From: Tubiluchus corallicola
Lineage: Eukaryota; Animalia; Priapulida
Direction: 5' to 3'
Assembly: GCA_030141605.1 (NCBI GenBank)
Contig: JAQGDQ010002369.1
Span: 620,001-684,000 of the forward strand
DNA: 64,000 nucleotides
The notes beneath the pieces were generated by a model. It searched no databases. It saw nothing but the letters and a program-made list of their open reading frames with translations, and was not told the DNA's origin. Of this stretch, positions 10,390-21,405 are shown in pieces. The number at the start of each line of letters is the position of its first letter. The stretch's first letter is position 1. A program made the translations under genes and the position numbers.

Positions 10390-10783
10390 ATGGTAGATTT
10401 CCCTATCAGCCCCTGTTATTTCGTTTGGGAAAAAGAGTTGTTGTAAACTATGTAACTAGTACAAAGAATGGTCCCTTCTTAAAGGAGGTATAAGTTGGCT
10501 ATTTGTACTTTCGTTGAAAGAAAATATCTACTCAACAATGAGTTTGAATTCACTTTAAAAAGTCAGAGTGATGATGCAGAAAGAATGCAGGCATGTGCTA
10601 ATGCTGCTTTTCAATATTATGAAGCTTATCAGAATCTTCTAAGAGAAGAACAGCGGCACTGTTAAAAGACATTTTGTTGATGAACAATCACGTTCTAGAG
10701 ATCGTTTTTATCAATTGACTGCTGAAGGGAATATTACATTTACTGAACCAACAAGACGTCATTTTTTTCAGAAGTTACAGTGA
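10390..10783 (+). pseudogene. Degraded orphan ORF remnant in an AT-rich spacer
   Basis: Consecutive open stretches in different frames (ICTFVERKYLLNNEFEFTLK...; KRHFVDEQSRSRDRFYQL...KLQ*), opposite to the flanking genes. Confidence 0.35.
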
Positions 10784-10822
10784 CATGCACTGAGCATCAA
10801 ATCTATCAAGGGCAAGTTGTTC

Positions 10823-11749
10823 CTAGAAAGATCTATGAAATAGTTTTATACTAAGGGCTTTCAATCTGGAAAAATCATCCTGAAGAACTTTCAAATCTTC
10901 CAGGGCAGAAGAATAGAGTTTTTCAGCTTCCTTTTTTGCTCCTTCTGTTCCGAAGAGTGCTACGGCTGTTGATTTTTCCTTAATCAGATCAGACCCTGTT
11001 GGTTTTCCTAGAACTTCGCTGGAAGAAGTGATATCCAGAACATCATCCATCATCTGAAAAGAGAGTCCCAACTTTGAAGCAAAGGAAGTAAGAGACTGTT
11101 TTTCTGATGGAGATACCTTGGCGATTACAGCAGCCATTTCAAGGCAGGCAGTAAAAAGAGAAGCAGTTTTAAGAGAGTGCATTTGAAAAAGCTTTTTCTC
11201 ATCGATTTTCGTCCCTTCAAAGCTAAGATCAAGGATCTGGCCTGCAATCATTCCATGTCCACCAGCTCTTTGGGAAAGTATTTTGATCAGTTCTACTTTT
11301 ATCTTTTCGTCGAGGTCGCAGTTGGCAATGGTCTCAAACGCAAAAGTGAGAAGGAAGTCCCCTGATAATAGAGCAGTCGCTTCATCAAATGCTTTATGAA
11401 GAGATGGTTTCCCTCTTCGCAGATCATCGTCATCCATGCAGGGAAGGTCGTCATGGATTAGAGAATAAGTATGAATGAACTCAATAGCGCAGGCAGGATC
11501 AAGGCCCTTTTCCCAAGAGACTTGAAGATCTTTCAGGGCTGCTAGGAGAAAAATGGGACGCAGCCTTTTGCCGCTGGAATGAAGAGAATAGCGAGTAGCA
11601 TCAAAAAGAAAATGATAGAGTTCTGTACATTCAGGAACAAGATCGGAAATCCGTTGGTTGATCCGGTCAGATGTTTCCTGAATGTAGGAATCAATCTCAA
11701 TTTTTTTTGATTTGGTCCGGGATTCCAATTCCAATGTAGTCAAAACCAT
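10823..11749 (-). CDS. ispA: Geranyltranstransferase / FPP synthase
   Basis: GKRLRP, SLIHDDLPCMDDDDLRRGKP, KTASLF, FQMMDD. Confidence 0.95.
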   Translation of the reverse strand: MVLTTLELESRTKSKKIEIDSYIQETSDRINQRISDLVPECTELYHFLFDATRYSLHSSGKRLRPIFLLAALKDLQVSWEKGLDPACAIEFIHTYSLIHDDLPCMDDDDLRRGKPSLHKAFDEATALLSGDFLLTFAFETIANCDLDEKIKVELIKILSQRAGGHGMIAGQILDLSFEGTKIDEKKLFQMHSLKTASLFTACLEMAAVIAKVSPSEKQSLTSFASKLGLSFQMMDDVLDITSSSEVLGKPTGSDLIKEKSTAVALFGTEGAKKEAEKLYSSALEDLKVLQDDFSRLKALSIKLFHRSF

Positions 11750-13043
11750 TTTCCTTCATTTCTTGGGGACGGTACTGATTGCGTCCGTCAAAAAAGGCAG
11801 AGCCTTTCATTCCTTCTATTATAGGAGGGAAGTCGAGTAGCCGGAATTGCTTCCACTCCGTCAATAGTGCGATCGCATCAGCTCCATCTGCAGCATCGAA
11901 TTCATCTTTGCACCAGATGATTTGCGGATGATCCTGGATCATTTTTTTTGCGTTTTTCATTGCGACGGGATCGAAAAGACGAAGAGTCGCTCCCTTATCG
12001 ATGAGATCTTCGACCAGAGAAAGAGAAGGAGCTTCACGCATGTCGTCCGTATCGGGCTTGAAAGATAGCCCCCATAGGGCAATTATTTTTCCTTTTAGGC
12101 CGCCTCGTTCGGAGAAGTAATTGGAAATGGATTGGCCCAGGACTCTCTTTTGGCGGGTATTGATCTCATCTACAGCATTTAAAAGAAGCGGATCGTGTCC
12201 TAGTTTTCGAGATAAAAATTGAAGAGCACGGATGTCTTTGGGGAAGCAAGATCCACCGTAGCCAATGCCAGCATAAAGAAAGCTGTGGCCGATTCGAGTA
12301 TCGGAACCGATCCCTTTACGTACCTCGTTAATATTAGCTCCTACTTTCTTGCAAATTTGAGAAAGTTCATTCATGAACGAAATTCGGGTAGCGAGCATGG
12401 CATTTGCAGCGTATTTGGTCAGCTCGGCCGATGTGATATCCATGATTAAAAGTCTTTCCCGATTCAGCATAAACGGAGAGTAGACATGTTTCATGATCTC
12501 TATGGCTGCAGGCTTGTCTGCACCGATAACCACACGGTCTGGCTTCATACAGTCATTGATTGCAGAACCTTCTTTCAAAAATTCCGGATTGGAGACAACA
12601 TCGAAGTCCAAGAGGATCTTTCGGTTCTTTAAGATTTCTTTCACAATCGATTTAACTTCTTTTGCCATGCCGACAGGAACTGTCGATTTGTTCACGATGA
12701 TCAATGTTTGATCAATGTTCCTGGCGATTTCTTCAGCAGCTGCTTTTACATAGGAAGTATCGCACGATCCATCTTCGCCAGATGGAGTGGGAACGGCAAT
12801 AAAGCAGACTTTGCACTCTTTGAGAGCCTCTACATACGATGTTGTAAACGAAAGTCTCTTTGCCTTTACATTTCGGTCGACCATCTCAGTCAGACCAGGC
12901 TCATAAATTGGGATCTTTCCCTTTTGGAGGTTTGTTACTTTTTCTTTGTCGATATCAAGGCAAATGACGTGATGACCCATCTCGGCAAAACATGCTCCGG
13001 TCACCAGTCCAACATATCCCGTTCCAATCATCGTTATTTGCAT
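11697..13043 (-). CDS. ugd: UDP-glucose 6-dehydrogenase
   Basis: GTGYVG, NPEFLKEG, GYGGSCFPKD, FKPDTDDMRE. Confidence 0.96.
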   Translation of the reverse strand: MQITMIGTGYVGLVTGACFAEMGHHVICLDIDKEKVTNLQKGKIPIYEPGLTEMVDRNVKAKRLSFTTSYVEALKECKVCFIAVPTPSGEDGSCDTSYVKAAAEEIARNIDQTLIIVNKSTVPVGMAKEVKSIVKEILKNRKILLDFDVVSNPEFLKEGSAINDCMKPDRVVIGADKPAAIEIMKHVYSPFMLNRERLLIMDITSAELTKYAANAMLATRISFMNELSQICKKVGANINEVRKGIGSDTRIGHSFLYAGIGYGGSCFPKDIRALQFLSRKLGHDPLLLNAVDEINTRQKRVLGQSISNYFSERGGLKGKIIALWGLSFKPDTDDMREAPSLSLVEDLIDKGATLRLFDPVAMKNAKKMIQDHPQIIWCKDEFDAADGADAIALLTEWKQFRLLDFPPIIEGMKGSAFFDGRNQYRPQEMKENGFDYIGIGIPDQIKKN

Positions 13044-13137
13044 AGAGTGCTCCCATTCAATAATTTCATTAGCTCAAGAGGAACATTCGTAACAGAATGA
13101 GGATTTAAGTTTAAGAAAAATACACCTAGAATGCGTT

Positions 13138-13830
13138 CTATTCCAGGGGAGTAAGTTTCCCATTTTGAAGAAGATAGCGATGGTCGCATAAGCTGGCCAA
13201 TTTTTCATCGTGCGTAACGACGATGAGGCTTTTATTCATTTTCTTTACGCAAGTCAATAAGAGCTCATGAACCTGACGGGAGTTCTCATGATCGAGATTG
13301 CCGGAAGGCTCATCAGCGAGGATGATTTCAGGATCATTGCACAGAGAACGGGCGATGGTAACGCGCTGCCTTTCTCCACCTGAAAGAATTTTAGCGGGGA
13401 AGTGAGCTCGCTCTTCCAGTCCGACCTGTTTGAGAAGATCGATTCCACGGCTATAAATAAGACCTCCCTTAGGAAGAGGTTTTCGAGCTATACGGGCAGG
13501 CATTAAGACGTTGTCGAGCGTTGAAAAATCCTCGAGGAGATTGTAGTTTTGAAAGATGAAGCCGATGTTCGTATTGCGAATGTGGGGGAATTCGTCCTTG
13601 CTATATTCCTTTCCCAAAATTTGCAATGACCCCTGATCGGGAGTCTCCAGCGTACCCAGTATATGCAATAGAGTTGTCTTCCCTTCTCCAGATGCCCCCA
13701 TGATAGCGATCGACTCTCTGGGAAAAACAGAAAGGGAAATACCGCAAAGCAAATGGACTTTTTCCGGATGATGAAAGCTAAAGCTCTTATGAATTTCATT
13801 ACAGGTCAAAAGGGGAAGGGGTTCTTTCAT
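13138..13830 (-). CDS. lolD: Lipoprotein-releasing ABC ATPase
   Basis: [23 protein letters not shown]; coupled to a LolC/E permease. Confidence 0.88.
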   Translation of the reverse strand: MKEPLPLLTCNEIHKSFSFHHPEKVHLLCGISLSVFPRESIAIMGASGEGKTTLLHILGTLETPDQGSLQILGKEYSKDEFPHIRNTNIGFIFQNYNLLEDFSTLDNVLMPARIARKPLPKGGLIYSRGIDLLKQVGLEERAHFPAKILSGGERQRVTIARSLCNDPEIILADEPSGNLDHENSRQVHELLLTCVKKMNKSLIVVTHDEKLASLCDHRYLLQNGKLTPLE

Positions 13831-15905
13831 TCCGACCTCAAGATTTGCGATGGATGGATTCGGCTTGCCTTAAGAGCAGGAATCAGTCCTGCAGCCAAGG
13901 AAATAATCGGGGTAACGATAAGAACAAAGGCCAATGCTTCGAAGCTCAATGCATTGGGAAGGTTATTTCCAAAAAAGGCTGCGTTGAAGGCGGCATGCCC
14001 CTGGATCGCGCTCAAAAAGGTCACAAGATGGTCTAGATGATTTAGGGTCCATATCGCTGCAATAGTCCCAATCATACTGCTGATCACCCCTGTGATGACT
14101 CCGCAGAATCCAAAAAGGAGAGCAATGCTCTTCTTCGATGTCCCCATGGCCTGAAGTACTGCAATCTCCCTCTTCTTGTCATTCACTAAAAGGACCAAAA
14201 GAGAAATGATGTTTGAGCAGGCTACGATCAGAATAATCGCGGCGATCAGAGTAAAGAGAGTACGGTCGCTCTGAAATTGCTGCATGAGATCTTTGGAGAA
14301 CTCATATTCATGAAACGGGGTGATCTGCCAATAATCCGCAATCTCCTGGTTTTTGAACTGGTTGTTGAGCTCTTCCTGGAGTTTTTGGGCCTGTTTGATG
14401 TCATTGAACCAAACGAGAATTCCATTGTGCGGTGTCGCCTCGGAAGAGGTCGTAGGAGAAGAAGAATGGATTGTTCTGGTGACCTGGTGAGGAACAAACA
14501 GACACCGGTTGCCTACAGGCATAATGCCGGGATCATAAAACCCCATTACACGAATGGTGATCCTCTGTTCCTGAGTAGATGCGGCAGAGTGGTTCAGATA
14601 AGATAAAAATCCGTAGTCGTAAAGAAGGACGCCTGTGTCCTGATATGCTTTAGGAAGAAGGACTCCGGTTGCTTCTTCATCTTCAGGCAGAATAAAGTGG
14701 GAAGTTCCGCCCTCGTTGAGGAAATAACCCCACAGTGGTTCATTACCTGTTACATGATCTATGGACAGTATGGGATCGGCCTCTTCGATTTCAAATCCGT
14801 AAAATGGAACATCTCCGTTAACAGGTATTTCCTGAATGGTTCCCGATGCATGAAAGAGCACATCTTTAATGTCATGAGCTTTATCGAGGCTTTGATCGAT
14901 GAGGCTGACAGAAAAAGAGGCGGGTTGATCGAATCCGGTTGGAAAGGTGGAGGATAGTTTCTTATTCCCTTCTGCAGATTCAAAAACCCAACTCTTATTT
15001 TCATAAGAGATTTTTCCCGGTTTGAACCCTGAAATGTTGCTGTCGGCAGATAAAGGTATAACGATCCGGTTTTCGTTTTGGGATAGAAAAGCGGTAAAAG
15101 AAGCTTCCTTGGGAAGAAGCTCTAATAGTCGAAAATGATTTTTAACTTTGGCCTTATGAATATTGGCATACTTGAAAAAAGAGTAAAGGCGTTTCTTCTT
15201 CATCTCTGCACTTGCCGGCCAGATCCATTCAGGCGAGTCTTTCTGAATTTCATCCAGAGATTTGTCGAGCTGGTAAACTAGGTGGTTCAGATCATCGATG
15301 CGAGGGGGTAGGATAAGTTCTGAAAGTTTCGGGTTATGATCGGTCAGAGAAAGGAGATAGCTCATCTGCGAAAGATAGGACATCTTCTCTTCGAAAAAAT
15401 TCTGCCGCCGAAGAGAAAGGCGGAGAAGAGCACCGCTCAACTCATAGTCCTGATAGGAAAGACCAGGATATTTACCTTTCAGTGAGTCCAAAACGCTTAT
15501 AGCACCCTTCACAGGATCCTTCAGTCTGCCATCATCCAAACGATCAGGTTGGGGCCAGTAAGGGGGGATTTCAACATCTTCTAAAGGAGAATAGGGGTCT
15601 GAGGCCAGAGTCAGCGCTTTTTCGCCGATGGTCTTGTTTTGGTAATGGGATTCTCTGGAGATCGCATCGATTTGATAGTAATAGGAGCGGTAGTATTCAT
15701 TGGTAGGAGAGATTCTCAAAGGAGCATTGATCGAAGTCAGTTTGGTGAGCCAGTTTTTTTCAATCCCGGTCGTGACGGATAAAAAGACAAGACAAAGCCA
15801 TACGACGAGAGAAATGACAAAAATCGATAGAAGCGAGATCAATGAAGTAGACAAAGCTCGCTTCTTAGGTATCAAATATTTTAGAGCAATGGAAAGCTCA
15901 AACAT
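13827..15905 (-). CDS. LolC/E (FtsX-like) permease, long chlamydial form
   Basis: N-terminal FELSIALKYL plus TM; C-terminal KKREIAVLQAMG and [18 protein letters not shown]. Confidence 0.85.
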   Translation of the reverse strand: MFELSIALKYLIPKKRALSTSLISLLSIFVISLVVWLCLVFLSVTTGIEKNWLTKLTSINAPLRISPTNEYYRSYYYQIDAISRESHYQNKTIGEKALTLASDPYSPLEDVEIPPYWPQPDRLDDGRLKDPVKGAISVLDSLKGKYPGLSYQDYELSGALLRLSLRRQNFFEEKMSYLSQMSYLLSLTDHNPKLSELILPPRIDDLNHLVYQLDKSLDEIQKDSPEWIWPASAEMKKKRLYSFFKYANIHKAKVKNHFRLLELLPKEASFTAFLSQNENRIVIPLSADSNISGFKPGKISYENKSWVFESAEGNKKLSSTFPTGFDQPASFSVSLIDQSLDKAHDIKDVLFHASGTIQEIPVNGDVPFYGFEIEEADPILSIDHVTGNEPLWGYFLNEGGTSHFILPEDEEATGVLLPKAYQDTGVLLYDYGFLSYLNHSAASTQEQRITIRVMGFYDPGIMPVGNRCLFVPHQVTRTIHSSSPTTSSEATPHNGILVWFNDIKQAQKLQEELNNQFKNQEIADYWQITPFHEYEFSKDLMQQFQSDRTLFTLIAAIILIVACSNIISLLVLLVNDKKREIAVLQAMGTSKKSIALLFGFCGVITGVISSMIGTIAAIWTLNHLDHLVTFLSAIQGHAAFNAAFFGNNLPNALSFEALAFVLIVTPIISLAAGLIPALKASRIHPSQILRSE

Positions 15906-16066
15906 TACTTGGCTTCTTTGAAGAGTACTCTTTTTCTGAGCTTCTTATCGAATTTTTTTAGCTCTAGTCTCTCAGTAGTATTTCTCTTATTCTTAGTCGT
16001 CCAAAAGCACTCGGTGGTTTCAGAGCTTTTCATTTTAATGATTTCTCGTGCGCCTTTTTTCGCCAT
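15905..16066 (-). CDS. rpmG: 50S ribosomal protein L33 (missed by the ORF track)
   Basis: Translated by hand: [53 protein letters not shown]; its TAA overlaps the lolC/E ATG. Confidence 0.95.
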   Translation of the reverse strand: MAKKGAREIIKMKSSETTECFWTTKNKRNTTERLELKKFDKKLRKRVLFKEAK

Positions 16067-16119
16067 TTTCAAATCCTCTATTACACATTTCTTTAAAGGT
16101 AGTGATTTTACTTATGAAT

Positions 16120-17163
16120 TCAATTCCTCACAAGGGTTGTGTTACTATCTAAGGGAATCCGAGGCATAGCAGGCAGATCAAAAGAATCGCTCTTGGGATT
16201 TTTTTGAAATTTCACCTCCGCCAGGGCAGCGATCATTGCTGCATTGTCGAGGCAAAGTTCCTTCTCGGGCCAAAAAAGATCGGTAGACAGATTTTGAGCC
16301 TCGAACATTTCCCTCAGTCTCTGGTTGCAGGTAACACCTCCTCCAAGGTAGAGCGCTTTGCAATCAAACTTCTCTACTGCCTCTTGTGTCTGTCTGCAGA
16401 TCTGCCGGAAAGCAATTTCTTGAAAAGAAGCTGCGACATCCTTTTTGTCCTCTTCCGAGATAAGGACAGGTGAAGATTTTTTTGCGCTTTGGCCCTTCAC
16501 AAGATAAAGAACATGAGTCTTTAGACCACTATAGGAAAAGTGATAGGGGTTTTTTAGTTTGGGCAGGGGAAGGGTATATCGGTTTGGATCACCTTCTTTG
16601 GCCAGCTTTTCAATCAATGGCCCTGCCGGATAATTCAGTCCCAGCATGGATCCGACCTTGTCGAAAGCCTCTCCGATCGCATCATCCAATGTCGTTCCAA
16701 TCAACTCATAGGAGCCTACATCTTCAATATGCAAAAGAAGAGTGTGACCTCCTGATAAAACCACTCCGATTCCAGGAAACTTCAATTCTTCTTTCCGGCC
16801 GATCATCGAAGCATAAAGATGGGCTTCCACGTGGTGAATTCCTAAAAAAGTTTTTTTCCATCCCAGGGCTAGAGACTTGGCAGTATTGAGCCCCATCAGG
16901 ATAGCTCCAATAAGGCCGGGACCGCGGGCTGCTGCAATGAGATCGATATCTTCAGATCCTATACCAGCTTCTTTAAGTGCCTGATCGATGACATCGATCA
17001 TCACGTCGACATGCCGCCGGCAGGCAAGCTCGGGGAAAACCCCGCCATATTTCTCATGAAGATCTGTCTGGGAAGCGATGACATTTGAGAGGATCTCATG
17101 ACCATCCCGGACCACAGCGGCAGCGGTCTCATCGCAAGTACTTTCAATTCCTAAAACAAGCAT
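16120..17163 (-). CDS. tsaD: tRNA threonylcarbamoyltransferase
   Basis: GIESTCDET, HHVEAH, SGGHT, DDAIGEAFDK, DNAAMIA. Confidence 0.96.
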   Translation of the reverse strand: MLVLGIESTCDETAAAVVRDGHEILSNVIASQTDLHEKYGGVFPELACRRHVDVMIDVIDQALKEAGIGSEDIDLIAAARGPGLIGAILMGLNTAKSLALGWKKTFLGIHHVEAHLYASMIGRKEELKFPGIGVVLSGGHTLLLHIEDVGSYELIGTTLDDAIGEAFDKVGSMLGLNYPAGPLIEKLAKEGDPNRYTLPLPKLKNPYHFSYSGLKTHVLYLVKGQSAKKSSPVLISEEDKKDVAASFQEIAFRQICRQTQEAVEKFDCKALYLGGGVTCNQRLREMFEAQNLSTDLFWPEKELCLDNAAMIAALAEVKFQKNPKSDSFDLPAMPRIPLDSNTTLVRN

Positions 17164-17353
17164 AGATTCCTCTTTGGGAGGGCTAGAATACCCCGTAGGG
17201 GCATAGAAGGAAAGCTGAAATCAATCTACAAGGCTCTTTATTTTAATCGGTTAGTAATCGTGAAGATTTGTTTGAATTAGGTTAATACAATATTAAAATC
17301 TTTAATATAAAGTATCTCCCATACTTTATTAATAAGGTTAAAGGTAAATAATA

Positions 17354-18709
17354 ATGGCAGCATTAGCAGATCCTATTTCGATGATGAGTTATCCTACTGG
17401 ATCGGCCGTAACCAGCCCTAGTCATTCCTGTGGTAAAACAACTTGTGTAATTGATCCTACTGACGAAGGAGTTTTTATAACTTCCAATGAATATGACACA
17501 GTAGAGACGCAGCGGGCAATGCAGGGAGCATCCCTTCGAGGCAACGCAGTAGTGTGTACAAGCGGTTTGTTTGGACTGAACATCGCTTCTTTGAAAGATG
17601 GCATTGATCATGTAGTACAATTCGATATCAGTACCCGGACGCAATTTTTCTGGGAAGGTATGAACAAGATCTTAAGTAGTGGACTGAGCAGACATGATAC
17701 GATCATTGCCATTAAGGCTTTTATCTCTGAGAACCGAACAGAGTTGTTTGAAAATCCGGATGCTGCAGATGGATATATAGAAGGATTGGACTTGGAGATA
17801 AAAAATAATCAAAGTTTTCTGAGCAGTGATGAACGGTTTGATAGAATTCAAACAATTTTTTTACAGGGGCACTTTCAATTTAGACTTCTTGATTTAGGTG
17901 ATACAATAGCTGTTCAGGACATGTTTAGTGATTTGAGGCAAAGAAAGATTGTTCCTCATATGATTTATACTTCAAATATTCCTGTCGTGACTACTGGGAT
18001 GACCGATTGTGATCGGTATATTTCAATAGCTGCTTCTTTGCGATCTTTGCCGCCTGAAGCTCTCGTGATCGATTCTGCAGAAATGAGCCCCTCTGATGAT
18101 GATTCATCCTCCCAGGGAGTTTCTCGTCGATGTACCCAAAGAGTCCACTTTGGTTGTCGCAAGGCTTTAATTCCTCCTCCAGATCTCGATGTCATACGAA
18201 GCGCAGTTCATAGTGGACGATATCATCTCATCGCTCATGATGTAGATCCAAACATAACGGATTCATCGGGATTTACTCCTATGATGACATCTGCCGAACG
18301 TGCCGATTATCTTGTTGTACAAACGCTACTGGATGCTGGAGTATCCCCGAACCAAGCCCTGCCAGACGGGTTTTCAGCACTGCACTGTGCGGCCTATTCC
18401 GGAGATCCAAGGACTATCAATATTCTTATTCTGGGCGGAGCTAATATAGATGCAGTAGACCAGTCACAGATGACTCCTCTTCATCATGCAGCAGTAATGG
18501 GAAATGTACGGGCAGTGAGGGTTTTACTAGCTCAAAAGGCAGACGCAACGCTTACAGACAAGAAGGGCTATACTCCATTACGGCTTGCAATGGAAAAGGG
18601 TAAATTGACTCAGTCTCAACGGGCTGCTCTATGCAGCTTGCTTTCTCAGGCTCTTAAAGTAGAAATATTAGAGCCTCTATCAACGTTGATAGAGGCTTTT
18701 TTTTGCTGA
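17354..18709 (+). CDS. Ankyrin-repeat putative effector with an N-terminal enzyme-like domain
   Basis: About 4 ANK repeats (GFTPMM, GFSALHCAA, MTPLHHAA, GYTPLRLA); S/T/P-rich N-terminus; AT-rich upstream region. Confidence 0.85.
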   Translation: MAALADPISMMSYPTGSAVTSPSHSCGKTTCVIDPTDEGVFITSNEYDTVETQRAMQGASLRGNAVVCTSGLFGLNIASLKDGIDHVVQFDISTRTQFFWEGMNKILSSGLSRHDTIIAIKAFISENRTELFENPDAADGYIEGLDLEIKNNQSFLSSDERFDRIQTIFLQGHFQFRLLDLGDTIAVQDMFSDLRQRKIVPHMIYTSNIPVVTTGMTDCDRYISIAASLRSLPPEALVIDSAEMSPSDDDSSSQGVSRRCTQRVHFGCRKALIPPPDLDVIRSAVHSGRYHLIAHDVDPNITDSSGFTPMMTSAERADYLVVQTLLDAGVSPNQALPDGFSALHCAAYSGDPRTINILILGGANIDAVDQSQMTPLHHAAVMGNVRAVRVLLAQKADATLTDKKGYTPLRLAMEKGKLTQSQRAALCSLLSQALKVEILEPLSTLIEAFFC

Positions 18710-18712
18710 CTG

Positions 18713-19336
18713 TTAACCACCAAGTTTTGCGCGGTCAGCGTCAGAGATGGCGATCTCATGTCCTTGACGTGCATTGGTGACTTGGACATCGATATTACTA
18801 AATGCTTCTTTGACATTACTACCTTCGTAATAGGCGGACTTAGCTGAACTGAACCCGTAGTCTTGGGCCACAGTCATGGTGTCCATCGTTGCGCCCATAA
18901 AGATGAAGTCCCATCCCAAAGCTTCTTTTTCTTTGATCAGATCTCTGATCTTGGCAGCTGTAAAGTCTGTACTGGCATTTTCATAACCATCCGTAATGAT
19001 GGCCACGACCACTCTTGCAGGTCTTTCTGCTTCTTCCATACTATCGATTTGCGCGCTCAGATCGATGGTCGTCCTTCCGATCGCATCCAACAGGGCAGTG
19101 GAGCCTCTAGGCGAATACTGCTCGGCAAATGCATGTTCATCGACATTCTGAAGGTCACAGTTATGGAGTACTTCGTACTCATGATCAAACTGGGCCATCA
19201 GCAACGATGCTTTACCTTCCTGTTTCTTTTGGCTGGAAATAAAATTTTGCACACTACCGACAGTATCACCGGCAACACTGTGCATAGATCCGGAACGGTC
19301 AACGACTAAAGCTAAAGCTGTATAGTCTGTTCTCAT
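18713..19336 (-). CDS. Stand-alone vWA domain protein
   Basis: MIDAS motif VVDRSGSM, GSTALLDAIG, IITDGYENAS, WDFIFMGA; likely start MRTDY at 19336. Confidence 0.85.
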   Translation of the reverse strand: MRTDYTALALVVDRSGSMHSVAGDTVGSVQNFISSQKKQEGKASLLMAQFDHEYEVLHNCDLQNVDEHAFAEQYSPRGSTALLDAIGRTTIDLSAQIDSMEEAERPARVVVAIITDGYENASTDFTAAKIRDLIKEKEALGWDFIFMGATMDTMTVAQDYGFSSAKSAYYEGSNVKEAFSNIDVQVTNARQGHEIAISDADRAKLGG

Positions 19337-19465
19337 CGTATACCCCCATGGTAATTTTTTGATTTTTTTCGCTGAGAGTATAGAGAAAGAAGATGAAGGA
19401 TTCATTAAGAGAGATGTAAGATAAGCCCCAAAGCTTTGGGGCATATTGATGGTAGAAAAGTTTTT

Positions 19466-20583
19466 TTAGAAGCCCAGGCCAGCGGAGAACATCCATCCGG
19501 ACAAGCCTAGGTTGCCTGGTCTCCTCCTGGGTTCATTGATAATTGGGACACCACCACCGATGTCTTCAAAATAGAGTGTTAGAAAGTGGTTTTGGTTGAA
19601 CCAGATCAGTTGCTCATAACCAGCTCGTAGCATGAGGAATACCTTTTCGTAATAGATCGCTCTGTCCCACTGTAGGCCGGCTTTAATATGTATATTCGGA
19701 CTCAAATTGATTACTTTATCGGTAAGGTCGCTGCCAGCACTTATATCATCTGTGAAAAAGATACGAAAACTTTGCCCGACTTTGAATCGGCCTATGGCAA
19801 AAGATCCTGATAGGTCTCCAAAAATACTGACTCCCATGCCAAGGTGCCAATTCATGTTCATGCCTGCCAAAAGACCCACGCCTCGATAGTCATTGAAGGC
19901 TGTCAGTGTGGAAACTGTATCCAAAAGTAAGAAATTGTGAGTGCCATTGAAAGTTAGGATTACATTCTGGAGTATCCATGCTGCTTGAACACCGATTCTG
20001 GGTTGAAAGGAAAAATAATTGTAACGAAAGTAGGAAGGTTTGATGACAAGATCAATCGTATCATAACGAAGTTTATACCGTTCGGCTCCATTGAAGAGGT
20101 CGACGGTGCCAACGCTACCGCCAGGATCACCCCATAAAGAATCAAGGACTTCATTTTGAGGTGAAGAAAGTATCGGATTTGCAAAACGTGTGTGATATTC
20201 AGTCCAGTTTGCTGTCAGATCCCAATTTCTAGGATCGATATGATATCCGAGACCAATCCGAAAACCGGGGAAAATGCAAAAGAGACTTCATCCATTTTTA
20301 ATTCAGCAAAGAAAAAGAGTGGTGCTGGCGCTGGAGTGAAAGTGGTTTGCTTCACAACGGGAGCCAAGCCATCTTCGTCAGCTCTCCAGTAAAGAAACTC
20401 CCCAAAGGTAAAAAAACCGATTCCTTCAGGGGCTCCATCAAAATGGGTCTGAAGGGGAACTTGAAATTTCGGCTGCTGCACTTTTGCAGGAGGGGAATAG
20501 TTAGATCTTGAATCGTTTGTAACGTTTGCATGTGCGATTTGCATGAAACAAATGATAGAAAATAAAGTTCTTAGTTCTTTCAT
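19466..20583 (-). pseudogene. MOMP-like / Lpg1974-type outer-membrane beta-barrel, split by frameshifts
   Basis: Signal peptide MKELRTL..AHA, GEFLYWRADEDGL, GYEQLIWFNQN, terminal ...SAGLGF; spread over 3 or more frames. Confidence 0.7.
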
Positions 20584-20637
20584 AGCTCTCCTCAAAAAGG
20601 CAATTCTTTTTTCAATCTAAAGAGGGAGGAGATTTAT

Positions 20638-21405
20638 CTAAAGAAGTTTTGCAGCTTCGTCATCAGTAATCCAAAGTGCTTTGTGGGATTTGGAACCGAG
20701 ATTTTCTGCAGGCAGAGTGGGAGCGTCATTGGGAGGAGCTAAAACGCGTTTGAGCATTTCTGCTTTTTTCTCTCCAATGACATAGATGTTGATGTGGGAC
20801 GAGTGATTGATGCATGGATATGTGAGTGTCATGCGCCAGGTATCTTTTTGGGGAACATGATTGGCTGTAACGAGTTTGTCTGTGATATGGAGAGCTTCAG
20901 TTTTGGGAAAAAGAGAAGCGGTATGTCCATCATCTCCCATGCCTAACATGACGAGGTCAAAGTAGGGATGTTCTCCGACATGTTTTTTGATGAGCTTTTC
21001 ATATTCATTGGCGCCGAGTTCAATGTTCTTTTCTCCTTCCATGCGGAAGATTTGTTCTTGGGGAATGGGAAGATCTTTAAAGCCGCTTTCCATTGCCATG
21101 TGGTAATTGCTATCGGGATCATTTGGGCCAACACTTCTTTCATCGCTCCAAAAGAGATAGGCTTTGGTCCAGTTGAGTTTGTTGGAGTAGGGCTCGGAGC
21201 TTAATTTTTTGAAGATTGCTTTGGGAGTGGAACCCCCGCTAAGAGCAACAGTGAACTTATTTTTTTTCAGAATGGCAAGGTGGGCGATTTCCAAGAAATT
21301 TTCGACACAGAACTGGATCGTTTTTTCTTTCGTGCCGCCAATATAAATATCCCTTCTTCCATCCCAGGACTGGATATTGCGGTTATGTTTATCGATCATT
21401 TGCAT
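20638..21405 (-). CDS. pgl: 6-phosphogluconolactonase
   Basis: ALSGGSTP, FWSDERSV, LGMGDDGHTASLFP. Confidence 0.95.
   Translation of the reverse strand: MQMIDKHNRNIQSWDGRRDIYIGGTKEKTIQFCVENFLEIAHLAILKKNKFTVALSGGSTPKAIFKKLSSEPYSNKLNWTKAYLFWSDERSVGPNDPDSNYHMAMESGFKDLPIPQEQIFRMEGEKNIELGANEYEKLIKKHVGEHPYFDLVMLGMGDDGHTASLFPKTEALHITDKLVTANHVPQKDTWRMTLTYPCINHSSHINIYVIGEKKAEMLKRVLAPPNDAPTLPAENLGSKSHKALWITDDEAAKLL

Noticed and set aside
15909-16169. 86-aa plus-strand ORF in the track
   Set aside because: Antisense shadow of rpmG (15905-16066, minus strand)
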